A stretch of 64,000 nt of DNA, from positions 1 to 64,000 of the IMG/VR virus record IMGVR_UViG_3300042731_008016; one strand, written 5' to 3'. The position numbers were made by a program, and so were the translations under genes. Of the stretch, positions 21,356 to 30,997 are shown piece by piece. Origin of the DNA: a virus. Position 1 is the first letter of the stretch, and the number at the start of each line of letters is the position of its first letter. The notes under the pieces were generated by a model that worked only from the letters and a program-made list of their open reading frames with translations, was not told where the DNA came from and did no database searches.

Positions 21356-21463
21356 TGGAGCTGATGGAGAGAATCGAACCTGTATTTGTGGTTTACAAAA
21401 CCACTGTTAAACCATTTAACTAGAGAGGCAAGTGCCTTGCTCTACCAACTGAGCTACACCAGC
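21356..21463 (-). pseudogene. Chimeric/nested tRNA-Thr(TGT)-like gene
   Basis: Outer acceptor GCTGGTG/CATCAGC plus TCCA; a second tRNA 5' part with GTGGT-TTTGTAA-ACCAC sits after the first anticodon arm. Confidence 0.65.
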
Positions 21464-21484
21464 TTCCCCTCTATTTTACCAGAG

Positions 21485-22978
21485 CTAACTTAAAAGCGTG
21501 CGTAGATTGGTAGAAATAATTCCCCTAAGGTTCTGTAACATTTCGTAATTCTCGTCGTTTGTTGTCTTCAGCTCAGCTGCTGCCATTGCATAAGCTAAGT
21601 AGTCTGCTGCTGAAATAATATTCTTGCGATTTTTGTTTTCTAGCAACACTTCTTTGTAGAAGGCATGATCGATATTCCATTGAACAACAATCACCTTGCC
21701 TTGCTGAAAGAAGTCTACGAATGGACCAGTTGGACCCAAACTAACTTCTTCAAATTTAGCACCGATACCACGAGGGGATGTTTTAGTTTTGCGTGGTTCA
21801 CGCTCACCTTTTCCAGGCCCATGAGGAACAGTTATTTTCCTTTTCTTTGGATCACGCTTCTCAGTAATTGCTTTGGGTGTAATCAATAATCTTGCCTTCT
21901 GAGCGATCACAGACTCTGAATCAGAGTGTTCTAGTGGGTCTTCCGACTTAACCTGCTCTTTTTCCAGTTTTGAACGAATAGAGCGGATTTGGCCTGACAA
22001 CTCAGTAGCAATTTTATCCAAAATCTGTTGATTAGGTTCAATTGTTTGTTTAGTAAAAGATAAACCCATTTCTTCATCAAAAACCGCAGGATAAAATAAC
22101 TCTGCCCTAAATCTATTCATAGTATTGTGTTTTGCAAAAAGACCAAAACTTTTACCATAAGCAATCTCACGGTTGTTTCTTAGAACAGAGAAGCCTTGAT
22201 TTGCCTGATTAATACCTAACTTTCTATTTACTCCAGTGGAAAAGTTTGGTAATAAAAATAATTTTATTCTTAACTTACCTGTTTTCCCGTTTAAAGTAAT
22301 TTCATAGGCTTCATTACTCCAAATTTGAGTTTTTGGATGAAACAAAATCTCAGATGTATGGTCTAGAGCTATAACACCATTCTTTTTCCCATCTTCATAA
22401 CGAACAGTGATCTTTTTACCAGCTGCTAGAAAATGACGATAGATTCTAGTTAACTTACCAGCCAGAGTAGAAACAAACGTAGGAATGTGTTTATTTTGGA
22501 GTTGATCTGTTTTTGAAATTTGTACTCTAGTTCCAGAATGCTTCTTATTTTCTAGCTTCTGCATGGTTTTAACAAAAGCATTTTGCTTTATCACCTCATC
22601 AATATCCTGACAACCAAAGCTACAATAATCATCTCCATTATGGCCACTTAATACTCTAAGACATCTGCCAATAGAAAGTGACGCAGTAACCAAACCCATT
22701 CCATATCTACCAAGATCAGTTTCAATGTTACGCTCAGTTTTAGAACCAAGCCTCAAGGCTTGATCCAAAGTATCATAATCCATGCCCTCACCATCATCAA
22801 CTATTGAGATGGTAATGTCACCTTTTTCCCTATTAACAAAAACATCCACTTTCGTGGCGTTAGCGTCAAAAGAGTTATCGATGATGTCTGCTATTGCAGA
22901 GTAGGATGAATATCCTGTGCTTCTTAATGAAGAGAGAAGTTTGCCCGCATTGGGCGAATTGTCGACAAAATTTGTCAT
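21485..22978 (-). CDS. GHKL (HATPase_c_3, MORC/MutL-like) ATPase
   Basis: AIADIIDNSFDANA, VDDGEGM and LGRYGMGL Bergerat motifs. Confidence 0.85.
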   Translation of the reverse strand: MTNFVDNSPNAGKLLSSLRSTGYSSYSAIADIIDNSFDANATKVDVFVNREKGDITISIVDDGEGMDYDTLDQALRLGSKTERNIETDLGRYGMGLVTASLSIGRCLRVLSGHNGDDYCSFGCQDIDEVIKQNAFVKTMQKLENKKHSGTRVQISKTDQLQNKHIPTFVSTLAGKLTRIYRHFLAAGKKITVRYEDGKKNGVIALDHTSEILFHPKTQIWSNEAYEITLNGKTGKLRIKLFLLPNFSTGVNRKLGINQANQGFSVLRNNREIAYGKSFGLFAKHNTMNRFRAELFYPAVFDEEMGLSFTKQTIEPNQQILDKIATELSGQIRSIRSKLEKEQVKSEDPLEHSDSESVIAQKARLLITPKAITEKRDPKKRKITVPHGPGKGEREPRKTKTSPRGIGAKFEEVSLGPTGPFVDFFQQGKVIVVQWNIDHAFYKEVLLENKNRKNIISAADYLAYAMAAAELKTTNDENYEMLQNLRGIISTNLRTLLS

Positions 22979-23038
22979 ATTACCTCCTTATGCCCTTCGA
23001 TACTAAACGTACCAAAGAATTTTTTATAAGTGAGTATA

Positions 23039-23067
23039 TTATACCACAACCCCCCTTTAAAATCAAA
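23039..23067 (-). promoter_or_regulatory. Sigma70 promoter for the GHKL ATPase
   Basis: Minus strand reads TTGATT-17 nt-TATAAT with extended TG. Confidence 0.65.
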
Positions 23068-23335
23068 CTAGGTGATAGCTTCTGCCAGGGAATAAGGTTG
23101 TACAAATATTACCAATATTTGAATTATAAACAACGATTATTTGAATACCCCTAAAACCTACTTGATGAATAGTGATGCAAGATGTTTGTCTTCCTAAAAA
23201 TATGCTTTTCCCGCTTTTTATTTGATTGCAGAGTTGTTTATATTCCGATCTATCTACGTCGACGCCGTATCGTTCTCTCATGCGTCTTTTAAAGTGAATA
23301 AAATTGTTTCTGACCTTAGATCGGGTTCTTCTCAT
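23063..23335 (-). CDS. Hypothetical protein (MRRTRSK...HFKRRMRERYG)
   Basis: HxxxRxxER motif common in small phage proteins. Confidence 0.5.
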   Translation of the reverse strand: MRRTRSKVRNNFIHFKRRMRERYGVDVDRSEYKQLCNQIKSGKSIFLGRQTSCITIHQVGFRGIQIIVVYNSNIGNICTTLFPGRSYHLV

Positions 23336-23399
23336 AATTTTCTTTCTTCCCAGTGGGAGAGGGAAAGCACTGCCCCAACTAACCCCCTCCCGTGCCTGG

Positions 23400-23473
23400 T
23401 GGCGGGCCATAGGAGAATCGAACTCCTGCGAATGCCTCGACAGGGCACCAGTCTGCCATTAACTTAATGACCC
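23400..23473 (-). tRNA. tRNA-Asp(GTC)
   Basis: GGGTCAT/ATGGCCC acceptor, GTGCC-CTGTCGA-GGCAT, TTCGA, G73, CCA. Confidence 0.85.
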
Positions 23474-23478
23474 AAATG

Positions 23479-23550
23479 AGGCCCAAGTCGGAATCGAACC
23501 GACGCATAGTGGGTTTGCAAGCCACCGTGTTTCCCCTTCACCATCGGGCC
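23479..23550 (-). tRNA. tRNA-Cys(GCA)
   Basis: GGCCCGA/TTGGGCC acceptor, TTGCAAA loop, U73. Confidence 0.8.
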
Positions 23551-23556
23551 ATATTG

Positions 23557-23640
23557 CGGTAGTGCTGGGATTCGAACCCAGGTAACGGATATCGTTCCAA
23601 CTTAGCAGGTTGGTGATCTCCCGACTCGATCATCACTACC
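23557..23640 (-). tRNA. tRNA-Ser(GCT)
   Basis: GGTAGTG/CACTACC acceptor, CCAAC-CTGCTAA-GTTGG, long variable arm, G73. Confidence 0.85.
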
Positions 23641-24005
23641 ATGGTAGTCCTCCCCATACTCATCATTCCATTGCTTTAGTTGGCCAAGCCAATTAACTGG
23701 TTTTTTGCAATGTGGGCATTCTTTCATGCTTACATTATACCATAAAGGCGGTTGTAGGACAAGACCCCGTTATGGGTCCCGTTTTTATAATTCCCTTGGC
23801 TTAGGTGAAAAGACGGTATGTTTTTTAGGAGTCCCATGTTCAAATCTAGGCATTTTTTGCCAAATCTATGCAAATCTTGCGCTCTCTCGAGGTTTTATGG
23901 ATATTTGTATAGGGGTAAATAATGAATATTGGTATATCAAATGGTGGGTTATAAGGATAAAAATAGTAAGGTGTAAGAGGTATCGACCCACACTGTTATA
24001 GGCTA

Positions 24006-24034
24006 TTGACTTAATCCTAGTACCCCCCTTATGA
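24006..24034 (+). promoter_or_regulatory. Early sigma70 promoter
   Basis: TTGACT...TATGAT; shares ACCCC-CTTATGAT with the promoter at 24660. Confidence 0.55.
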
Positions 24035-24078
24035 TGTTATTAGTTATTAAATATTTATTACTTGTAAAGGGGGCAACC

Positions 24079-24465
24079 ATGACAAGACAACAACAACAAA
24101 CACAATATGACTCACTGATGAGTGAATTTATATTGACTCATGAGATAGCTTTGTACACGCCAAGTACAAGCGATGTATACAAGCAGATCACCAAGAAGGC
24201 ACACACCCAGAGGACAGACACCATAGCCAGCGTGTTCTCTGATTGGTTTGGGGGGGCTACTATTGAGCAGGTAGGGGGCTTTTATAAGGCTAATAACGGA
24301 GACAAGATCAAAGAACCCATAAATAAAGTATATGCAGGATGTACAGCCGAGCAATTAAAAGAACGGCTAGCCGACTTCTTTAATCTAGCCAGAGCCAAGG
24401 CGAAAGCCTGGGGACAAGAAAGCATCATGATTGAGCTTGACGGCAAGAAAGCCTTTATAAGTTGA
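24079..24465 (+). CDS. Early hypothetical protein
   Basis: AAGGGGG RBS; FGGAT and KAWGQESIMI. Confidence 0.6.
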   Translation: MTRQQQQTQYDSLMSEFILTHEIALYTPSTSDVYKQITKKAHTQRTDTIASVFSDWFGGATIEQVGGFYKANNGDKIKEPINKVYAGCTAEQLKERLADFFNLARAKAKAWGQESIMIELDGKKAFIS

Positions 24466-24659
24466 TTATATATAGGGGGCTTTTACTCGAGAGCCTCCCA
24501 TTATGCAATCAATAAAAACAAATAACAAAAAAAATAAAAAGAGAGAACGTTATATATTTATTAATAAAATACTAGCTATACTGTTTTATATATACAGTAA
24601 TCTAGTAATAAATAAGGCTAATAGTAAGAGTAGGGAAGAAAGCAATATATACAAAGGGC

Positions 24660-24687
24660 TTGACAGCTTAACCCCACTTATGATAAT
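24660..24687 (+). promoter_or_regulatory. Early sigma70 promoter
   Basis: TTGACA...TATGATAAT. Confidence 0.6.
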
Positions 24688-24729
24688 ATGTTAAGTAATA
24701 GAGAATTAATAAAAAAGAGAATTAAGAAA

Positions 24730-24966
24730 ATGAAAAATAGAAAACTAAAAAACATAATTCACACATACGCTATATACACAAGTTTGATAATAGCGGGCGG
24801 GCTTATCTTCGGGCTTGCTTTTACTCATGCAATAGATCAATCAATAAAAAATCAGGATACTATGCTTTGCAATAGTGCCAAGCGGTCAGGCAATGCGGAG
24901 TATCTCAACAAGTGCCAATGTTTTTATAACACGGGTGATATTACTTGTTTACGAAAGGAGAAATAA
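24730..24966 (+). CDS. Small membrane protein with Cys-containing C-terminus
   Basis: One TM helix. Confidence 0.5.
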   Translation: MKNRKLKNIIHTYAIYTSLIIAGGLIFGLAFTHAIDQSIKNQDTMLCNSAKRSGNAEYLNKCQCFYNTGDITCLRKEK

Positions 24967-24968
24967 TC

Positions 24969-25298
24969 ATGTCAAGATATTTTGAAATCAACTTCAACGA
25001 CTTGAGCGATGATAAAAAACAGGAGCTTATTGACGATGTAGTCGAGAGTATCCGAGACGAGAGAAAAGAGGAAGCCGAGCAAGCCATTAAAAACGATAAG
25101 CAAGGCGAATATAAGGGCATGAGTTGGCAAGAGGTATATTGTCGAATTTACTTAATTGATTATGAATACTGGGACGATAGCGAAGAAGACGCAAAGGATT
25201 TTGATTGGGAGTATGCAGTCGAAAGCGACCTAGAAGAAAAAGCAGAAAACGAATTATATCAAGCTATGAAATATTTAGAGATAGAAGTGGAGATTTAA
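24969..25298 (+). CDS. Acidic hypothetical protein
   Basis: AAGGAG RBS. Confidence 0.6.
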   Translation: MSRYFEINFNDLSDDKKQELIDDVVESIRDERKEEAEQAIKNDKQGEYKGMSWQEVYCRIYLIDYEYWDDSEEDAKDFDWEYAVESDLEEKAENELYQAMKYLEIEVEI

Positions 25299-25469
25299 AA
25301 ATGAAAAAACAACAAATAATAAATTACTTAGTCGATTGTCTAGGATACAGCGAAGATCAAGACTTGAAAGACTTAACACGTAGCGAATTGATGGATTTAG
25401 TCGAGAATAAGCAAGATTTAATAAATTATACAAATTAACTCATTGATGAGTAAAAAGGAGGATTTAAAA

Positions 25470-25643
25470 ATGAAAGAATTTACAACTCTACAAAACGAGC
25501 TTAATAATTTGCCACCATACGTAAATTTTAGCGACCTATCAGAAGAAGCGGAACTCAACGCCAGAGCAGAACTAGCCGAGATTGAGCAAATAGAGGCAGA
25601 AGTTACCGCAGAGCTTGAAGGAGAGCAGATATCAAACTTTTAA
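25470..25643 (+). CDS. Acidic hypothetical protein
   Basis: AGGAGG RBS. Confidence 0.55.
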   Translation: MKEFTTLQNELNNLPPYVNFSDLSEEAELNARAELAEIEQIEAEVTAELEGEQISNF

Positions 25644-25877
25644 TAATTAAAAAAAGGAAAAAAACAACATGATTTATATATTAATAAAAGACGGATTAAT
25701 CCATAGTGTTTGGGACAACAGACCAGACGCAGAAAATCAGCTCGAAAAGTTAAGACAATCAGGCTCCAAAAACGAGCTATATATTGAAGAAATAGCGGGG
25801 ACAATTCCCCAAAATGGACAATATTACTCATAAAAAATAAAAATTAAATTAATAAAAACTTGAAAGGAATAGAAACA

Positions 25878-26336
25878 ATGAAAATATTTAAAATAGATAA
25901 AAATATAGAAATAGTTTGCGACTGGAAGAAAACCCGCAACGGTTTTAAACATATCGCAACGCTACTCTATAACGGCAATGAATGCGAGAGCGTCCAATGT
26001 TGCTATTTAAACAAAACTTGGGAGCGATACGAATATGAAAGCGTTTTGAGAAAGTTAGCAGAGAAATCGACAACACTATCAAAAAATGATAAAGCCAGAG
26101 TAACAAAATATATCAAGGTTTACGAACCAGAAAACCCATTTAGAGCGGTGGCAATGGTGGCTAAACTAGGCGACATATTAACCAAAGATCAAAAAGCCTC
26201 TAACGACTGGAAAACCAGAATGTTAAAAGCAGGGCTTGAGGGTAAAGGCTTAATCATGCCCGAAGACTGGGACACTTTGAGCGAAGACGAGAAACAAAGT
26301 CGACTTGATAAAGTAATCGCCGAACTAGGCAAATAA
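25878..26336 (+). CDS. Hypothetical protein
   Basis: ORF with RBS; TRNGFKH...YLNKTWERYEYESVL. Confidence 0.6.
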   Translation: MKIFKIDKNIEIVCDWKKTRNGFKHIATLLYNGNECESVQCCYLNKTWERYEYESVLRKLAEKSTTLSKNDKARVTKYIKVYEPENPFRAVAMVAKLGDILTKDQKASNDWKTRMLKAGLEGKGLIMPEDWDTLSEDEKQSRLDKVIAELGK

Positions 26337-26501
26337 GGGGGAAACATGACAGTCAAAGAATTAATAAAAATTATTAAAGTCTTGAAAGGAGACTACACAA
26401 TAAGGATTGATGACGGTGACTCGGGGCTTGATCTTGTAAAAATCGAGATCGATACCGAACACGAACAAATATTATTAAAATCCTATTAGAAAGGGGGCAA
26501 A

Positions 26502-26807
26502 ATGAAAAAATATCGAGTTATTTTCACGCAGACCGAACACAGTTATATCGAGGTTGAGGCACACAATAAGACCGAGGCTTTAGAAAAAGCTAACGCGGAA
26601 TGGGAAAACGGCAACGATGGCGAGTTATTGAGCCAAGAAATGGACACCAAAACCCAAGACATAACCGCGAGACTTGAATACTTGCGAGGTGAGATTGAGG
26701 CAGAGCGGATTAGTTACGGCGAAATTAACGAACTACAGAGCCTAGCCGAGTATATCGAACCAGGGGACAATCTGCTTTTAGAATGGGCAGGAGTAGCAGA
26801 AAATTAA
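26502..26807 (+). CDS. Hypothetical protein (VEAxxxxEA motif)
   Basis: MKKYRV...IEVEAHNKTEALEKA. Confidence 0.6.
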   Translation: MKKYRVIFTQTEHSYIEVEAHNKTEALEKANAEWENGNDGELLSQEMDTKTQDITARLEYLRGEIEAERISYGEINELQSLAEYIEPGDNLLLEWAGVAEN

Positions 26808-26837
26808 AAATTATTAAAAAGAAAGGAAAATTTAAAA

Positions 26838-27173
26838 ATGAGTTATCTAAAACTTATAGAAGAAAACACTTTGCGATGTGAAGCAAGCTACAGGGGCGGA
26901 GGGATTGAAATTGACTTGTCAGAGCTTTTCCCCTACCTTGACGAGCCTAAAATGACCGCTTATCAAAACTATCTAGGCGGTGGAATGCTAGGGCGGATTT
27001 GTTCGAGCTACAACTTTGACACTAACGAAGTCAAAGCCGAAGATCAAGACAAACTCGAAGAAGTCACAGAAGAATTACAAAGATATTTTCACAACTTGAC
27101 TAACCACGCTGATGATGAATGGGAATCCGAAAGTTTTGAACGAAACCAAAATAAGCCAGTAAGTGCTTATTAG
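26838..27173 (+). CDS. Hypothetical protein
   Basis: ORF with RBS. Confidence 0.6.
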   Translation: MSYLKLIEENTLRCEASYRGGGIEIDLSELFPYLDEPKMTAYQNYLGGGMLGRICSSYNFDTNEVKAEDQDKLEEVTEELQRYFHNLTNHADDEWESESFERNQNKPVSAY

Positions 27174-27226
27174 AGCTTGATGTAGCCTTTAACGGTTGCC
27201 CCTTGAAGGCTACACTCAGACCCTAA
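27170..27226 (+). repeat. Conserved hairpin element, copy 1
   Basis: TTAGAGCTTGA-[12-bp stem/loop]-TCAGACCCTAA. Confidence 0.75.
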
Positions 27227-27257
27227 TTAATAATTAATAAAAAGGAGGTGAACAGCT

Positions 27258-27641
27258 ATGCTACATAAGCTATTCATGGTAAGGAATTTTAATAAAACCT
27301 ACCAAAAACATTTAAAAAGGATGAGTAATCTAGAAGAGCTAATGAAAGAGCAAGATCTAGATTATGACAGCTTTTTAGATAGTGAGTCTTGGGTGACTAT
27401 TGAAACCCAAACATACAAAGTATTTTCTCGCTGGAATGATATGGGAATTAAAACCACCCAGAAACAGCTTGCAAGGCTCATAAATGACGAGACTAGAAAA
27501 GTTATTGTCAACAGTCTCGAATATTATGACTTGCCCAAGAGTTACGATACAGCATTTTTCATAATGAACTATCAAAAAACTATTGAGGGCATGGTAGAAA
27601 TTTTGCAAAACTTTATTGATAGGGGAGAATTTATAGAATAA
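27258..27641 (+). CDS. Hypothetical protein flanked by twin hairpins
   Basis: AAGGAGGTG RBS. Confidence 0.6.
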   Translation: MLHKLFMVRNFNKTYQKHLKRMSNLEELMKEQDLDYDSFLDSESWVTIETQTYKVFSRWNDMGIKTTQKQLARLINDETRKVIVNSLEYYDLPKSYDTAFFIMNYQKTIEGMVEILQNFIDRGEFIE

Positions 27642-27698
27642 TTAGAGCTTGATAGTAGAGTTAAGGGGCACAGCTTGACTCTACTAATCAGACCCTAA
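27642..27698 (+). repeat. Conserved hairpin element, copy 2
   Basis: TTAGAGCTTGA-[13-bp stem/loop]-TCAGACCCTAA. Confidence 0.75.
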
Positions 27699-27724
27699 AA
27701 ATACTCATAATGAGTGAAATACTA

Positions 27725-27753
27725 TTGAAGACTTTCCTCATTTATGGTATAAT
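27725..27753 (+). promoter_or_regulatory. Sigma70 promoter, extended -10
   Basis: TTGAAG-17-TATAAT with TG; TTTATGGTATAAT recurs at ~39020 and ~49913. Confidence 0.65.
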
Positions 27754-27836
27754 ACTACGAAGTATTAGAGAATAAAAGAGAATTATGAAAATCAGTTACT
27801 ATAAAAAGATCACTAATCAATTAATAAACTATCCAT

Positions 27837-27865
27837 GCCAGCCATGTTAATGGGCTGGTTTTTTT
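27837..27865 (+). terminator. Rho-independent terminator/attenuator
   Basis: GCCAGCC...GGCTGGT followed by a T run. Confidence 0.6.
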
Positions 27866-27887
27866 ATGGCAAAAAGGGAATTACTAG

Positions 27888-28286
27888 ATGAGCAAATCAA
27901 AAATTATTAAAGCAGGCATGATTATCTTTGCATTTATAAAAAGTCCAATATTAGGATTGATGATCTTAGGATACCTAATAGTCATGGAAGATAAATGTAG
28001 AAATTTAAAAAATCAAATACTTGCCTCTATAGAGGAAGACAAAGTGAAGAAAAAACCCTTTAAAATGCCAATGACAACAGCTAGTAAATTTGACATTTAT
28101 AAAGATTGTTTTATTGAACAACACGGAGACAAGTTTTATATCAAAAAACCAAGCGGAGAATACTTGGAAAAAATATTTAATAAAATTGAAAACGCTAAAG
28201 AGGAGATTGATATTATTGAACCATTCTTAGAAAAAAAGAAGGCAAACGAGCGTTATAAAGTACACAATATCAGATTCGTAAAATGA
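27888..28286 (+). CDS. Hypothetical protein
   Basis: ORF track; start of translationally coupled run. Confidence 0.5.
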   Translation: MSKSKIIKAGMIIFAFIKSPILGLMILGYLIVMEDKCRNLKNQILASIEEDKVKKKPFKMPMTTASKFDIYKDCFIEQHGDKFYIKKPSGEYLEKIFNKIENAKEEIDIIEPFLEKKKANERYKVHNIRFVK

Positions 28287-28648
28287 GAAAATCTACTAAA
28301 CAAAAACTAATAAAAAAGCCCAATATCACGATCACAATCGAGAAGAAGGGCAAAAAGCCAGAGATAGTCAAAAACCCAGAGGCTTATGTATTGTTTGCAA
28401 TGCTTAAAAAGCCAGATGACAAGACCAACAAAGAGGGCGAAGCCCTGGGATTTTCACAGATGGCTGGACAAATGGGAGATATCCTATTTTGTCTCTACCA
28501 ATTACTAGAGGCAGTCAGAGAAGACTTTGGTATGGAAGAGTTACAAAGGATTTTACATTTATTTTTTCAGAGGAACTTATCTGAAATCATAATGCTATCA
28601 AAAATGCAACAGATGGCTAATGATGGAGAGGATAGAGTCGTAAACTAA
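28283..28648 (+). CDS. Hypothetical protein
   Basis: ATGA overlap. Confidence 0.55.
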   Translation: MRKSTKQKLIKKPNITITIEKKGKKPEIVKNPEAYVLFAMLKKPDDKTNKEGEALGFSQMAGQMGDILFCLYQLLEAVREDFGMEELQRILHLFFQRNLSEIIMLSKMQQMANDGEDRVVN

Positions 28649-28649
28649 T

Positions 28650-29270
28650 ATGAGAGACCAAGATACTATTTGCTACAAAGTCAGCGAAGCCATAAGAGAA
28701 CTTGAAAACACAGTGGCTACTAACTCTTTAAATGTTGGCAGATTAGCAAAACTGTTACACGGCATAAGACAAGACGCTCAGACCATGGAAAACGGGTTAA
28801 AACTTAGAAAATCAATGATGAGTGAGGCTGGAATCGAAGATAAGTACCAAGAGGCTAAAGGGAAGGCTAGAACACCAGGGGGAATCAATAAAATTCACAA
28901 TAAAAAGGAGTACACCAAAGGCAAAACTCAATTTGAGTTTATAATTAAAGATCAAAAAACAGGTGAGACAGTCTATCAAAATGCTTCTCATGGCGGAGTT
29001 ATATCAACAGTAGAAAGAATTGAAGACATTGATAAAGACGGGCATATTGACGGACAAGCACAAGTCTTTCAATTCGGACATACTCTAGTTTATTGGTTTG
29101 CTTATGACCAATTAAGACAAGCTATAGAAGCTAGAAAAGTTCAAATTATATCTGCAATTAAGGAAGCAATATTATCAAATAAATTATCAGATCCAAAGGT
29201 TAGAAAACAAATTGTTGGTTTTGTTAACCAGATAGAAAGGAAAAAAAATGCCAGACATAACACCAACTAA
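28650..29270 (+). CDS. Hypothetical protein
   Basis: 206 aa coupled ORF. Confidence 0.6.
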   Translation: MRDQDTICYKVSEAIRELENTVATNSLNVGRLAKLLHGIRQDAQTMENGLKLRKSMMSEAGIEDKYQEAKGKARTPGGINKIHNKKEYTKGKTQFEFIIKDQKTGETVYQNASHGGVISTVERIEDIDKDGHIDGQAQVFQFGHTLVYWFAYDQLRQAIEARKVQIISAIKEAILSNKLSDPKVRKQIVGFVNQIERKKNARHNTN

Positions 29271-29604
29271 AAAAAGATACTTTGTTATTAAAGTCGGAGC
29301 TGGATATAGTAGTAAAGATTTATTCTACTTCACTGATTTAGATACCGCCTTAGAAGTATTCAAATTTTTACAAAAAGGTGAATACATTACTGTAGATAAT
29401 AAATCAGTTAAAACATACGTGCCAAAGAGTGAAGATAAAGACGGTTACACTTATAAGTATTATCATTTTGAAGATAAAAGAGCTGGTCAATTTACTCTCG
29501 AATCAAAAATTATTGATATTTATACCAAAAAACAGATCAAGGAAATCGCCAAGTACGAAGAAGAAAGAATTAAAAAAGCCACCAAGAAAGGGGGTAAAAA
29601 ATGA
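29248..29604 (+). CDS. Hypothetical protein
   Basis: Coupled ORF with RBS. Confidence 0.55.
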   Translation: MPDITPTKKRYFVIKVGAGYSSKDLFYFTDLDTALEVFKFLQKGEYITVDNKSVKTYVPKSEDKDGYTYKYYHFEDKRAGQFTLESKIIDIYTKKQIKEIAKYEEERIKKATKKGGKK

Positions 29605-29849
29605 CAGACATGACCTACAGAGATTTAGTCTATAAATTTATAGCTCAGAATCCAAAGGGTAAAGTTGAGTTAGTAGCTGATCCCCATACTTATTATGGCA
29701 GTGATGAGGTCGGAGCCAGTTACATATTAAAGCTACATAAATTTAAACTAGATGGTGCTTTTGTCTATAGACTAGAGTTTGAAGGCAAGACAGAGGCAGA
29801 GGTCTTTGAAGAGGCTTATAAATTCATGGTTAGGAAGGGGGAAAAATGA
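29601..29849 (+). CDS. Hypothetical protein
   Basis: ATGA overlap. Confidence 0.55.
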   Translation: MTDMTYRDLVYKFIAQNPKGKVELVADPHTYYGSDEVGASYILKLHKFKLDGAFVYRLEFEGKTEAEVFEEAYKFMVRKGEK

Positions 29850-30355
29850 GTACAAAAATTTATAACGCATACCTTTTTAATAGTGATATCTTTAAATTAC
29901 AAGAAGAACTAAATAAAATTCGAGAACACCATTTTAATTTATGTGTTGAAGATGCTAAACGAATACTAATAAAACCAAAAGCTGGAATTGATTGGACAAA
30001 AAGGTGTCTTGACTTTGTTAAACTTCTAGAAACCTCAAGGAAATCAACTTCTGCTTCTCCTATTGATTTTAGTGCGGAGGCAGTAATTTTCCCGAAGGCT
30101 AATAACAAATTTTTAGTACAGTTTTTTAGACTACATCACAAACTAGAAATACCAAAAATATTCATTGAATATCATTATCAAAATCAAACAGATCAACCAG
30201 AGGGAATAAGTGATGAGGAGTGGGAGCAAAGAAGAAAAGACTGGGATGAGATATACGATAAATATATTAGTCCATCTGAAGCTGGATTTATTTATGAAAT
30301 TTTTGGAGCAAATCAAGAAACAAATATGTTTTTAAAATTAACGGAGCAAATATGA
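29846..30355 (+). CDS. Conserved phage hypothetical protein
   Basis: MSTKIYNAY...YHYQNQTDQPEGISDEEWEQRRKDW. Confidence 0.6.
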   Translation: MSTKIYNAYLFNSDIFKLQEELNKIREHHFNLCVEDAKRILIKPKAGIDWTKRCLDFVKLLETSRKSTSASPIDFSAEAVIFPKANNKFLVQFFRLHHKLEIPKIFIEYHYQNQTDQPEGISDEEWEQRRKDWDEIYDKYISPSEAGFIYEIFGANQETNMFLKLTEQI

Positions 30356-30538
30356 CCAACACTAAAAAACAATTTTTAGAAGGTATGGAATACATGAATA
30401 GAAATCTTGAAAACTGTTCTAGCTTTGAATATAAGCATGAAATGGATGTAGAAACTGGACTTGAAACAGTTGAATTAAATATGCAAATTCAACATATACC
30501 AGTGCCAAAAGTTTTTAATCTTGAAGGAGAAGAACAAA

Positions 30539-30997
30539 ATGAGTAAACGATACTATCCATATCTATATAGCAAAAAGAAGCTTGAGAAAAAAAAGAAGTG
30601 CGAGAAGTGTGAAAAGCAGGCAACTTGGGAACTTGAATGGCAAAACTCATGGTTTAGAGGCGATGATGAGATAGAGTGGCTTTGTGATGAACACATGGAG
30701 AATAGTATTGCAGAAACAGAAGCCTATCATCAAAAACAACGAATGCGAAGTCAAAAAGTTCAACAACGAGAGGCAGAGTTTTGGGCTAAGATGAAGGCAA
30801 GACTAGAAGAAAAATATACAGTTGAATATCTTACTGAATATCAGTGGCGTATCAATGGGGTAGTCGATATATATCCAGTAAATAGACGCTATCATATTTT
30901 AGAAACAAATAAGCGTGGTGATTATCGAGATATGCACCACTTTTTATTAAAATTATTTGGGAGACAAAATGACAAACAGAAAACAAATCCTAGATAA
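30539..30997 (+). CDS. Zn-finger-containing hypothetical protein
   Basis: CEKC...LCDEH. Confidence 0.55.
   Translation: MSKRYYPYLYSKKKLEKKKKCEKCEKQATWELEWQNSWFRGDDEIEWLCDEHMENSIAETEAYHQKQRMRSQKVQQREAEFWAKMKARLEEKYTVEYLTEYQWRINGVVDIYPVNRRYHILETNKRGDYRDMHHFLLKLFGRQNDKQKTNPR

Noticed and set aside
27170-27698. Integron attC sites
   Set aside because: The ends are in the opposite order to RYYYAAC...GTTRRRY and no integron integrase is visible.
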